A stretch of 64,000 nt of DNA, taken from positions 3,938,211 to 4,002,210 of the forward strand of contig OZ316897.1 in NCBI GenBank assembly GCA_973895155.1, written 5' to 3'. Positions within the stretch are counted from its first letter, which is position 1. Every line of letters begins with the position of its first letter. This document shows positions 63,094 to 64,000 of the stretch, piece after piece. The DNA is from Marsupella aquatica (Eukaryota > Plantae > Marchantiophyta). The notes beneath the pieces are model-generated. The model did not search any database and was not told where the DNA came from. It saw only the letters and a list, made by a program, of their open reading frames with translations. Made by a program: the position numbers and the translations under genes.

Positions 63094-64000
63094 TCCAGGA
63101 GATTGAAGACCTCGTCGAGACCAAAGTAAAAAGAGTTACAGCTAGGGAGCTCGAGAGCGTATGTGGCTGACATGCTGGTGTCAAAATATCTTATGACAGT
63201 AAACCCAGTAAAGGGCCAATAGGGTACGCCCACATAGAAACACTGCACTTTAACTATTCCGGAAAAGAGCAAGAGGGCCCACTTTCTCAGTAAGGTTCGG
63301 TTTTGAGCCAATCTCTAATCGACACAGTTAGAATCTATCGAGAACTGAAGGAAGCCTGGAAGCGTCGAGGTTTCCAACGTTTCAAGAGCCAATCATGGCC
63401 CAGCTCTCGATTCGCAAATCTCCGTTTACAGGAGAAGAACGATTCACTCGGATCGGTTTTTTTTGCTCTTTTTGGGCCTTTTCCAGTGTGACCGGTGTCT
63501 TCCACCGGAAGTCCCGAAACAAGGCCCTGGCCTCGTATTCGAAGGTCCAACACATTGGATACAGTTATCTCGAGATGGGGGCCAATTTATTGAAAAGGGC
63601 CAAACAAAATACAATAAAGTAAAAGCAAAAATAGGTACACAAGTTGACGAACACTAAAGTGATTGTTGTTCGAATACAAAGCCCTGTCTAACATGAGCGC
63701 TGGCCTTGTGCCTAATCTGAGCCTTGGGCTTCTGTTCAAATGTCAAAGCTCTTACGAGTACTTAAATTTTCTAAATGTATAAAAATTAAAAAAATAAAGC
63801 CCAAATAGACTGGGGGTTTATAATAAAGCCCAGATAGACCAGGATGTATTTCCAAATCACGTGTTATGGGCTCTTGGCCATTTGCAATCGGTTTTATCTT
63901 CTTGACCGGGTGGTAAGTCACTCCTAATGTACGAATTACTTGGGGGTCCTTCAAAAATTGAAACGTCCTTCCCCATAGTGATCATTTGCACCTCATATTC

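Noticed and set aside
63270-64000. LTR-like repetitive sequence at the window end
   Set aside because: No boundaries or partner repeat lie within the window.

Overview
Eukaryotic nuclear DNA from a seed-free land plant, most likely a bryophyte such as a liverwort. That identity is inferred from plant-type tRNAs, the WDR82/APRF1 and TPR genes, and bryophyte-style transposable elements. There are three intact host-type protein genes: a two-exon, fungal-looking PNPOx-like/FNR-like flavoprotein oxidoreductase (8141-10452, -), a 10-exon WDR82/Swd2 (33105-36650, +) and a two-exon TPR protein (47792-50224, -). The window also has a tandem pair of tRNA-Leu genes only 12 nt apart and a papain-family pseudogene. 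About half of it is mobile DNA. This includes a 5'-truncated CRE-like (restriction-like endonuclease) non-LTR element and a full-length chromodomain Ty3/gypsy with non-canonical AGT...ACT LTR ends, inserted into a tRNA-derived SINE and itself interrupted by a complete Ty1/copia. There is also a Tourist MITE and an 8.1-kb PIF/Harbinger. Besides transposase and a Myb-like gene, the Harbinger carries an RPA70C-like zinc-ribbon OB-fold gene and a fourth large ORF. The most notable candidates are this four-gene Harbinger and the probable fungus-to-plant transferred oxidoreductase. All family assignments come from motif recognition by eye, not database searches.
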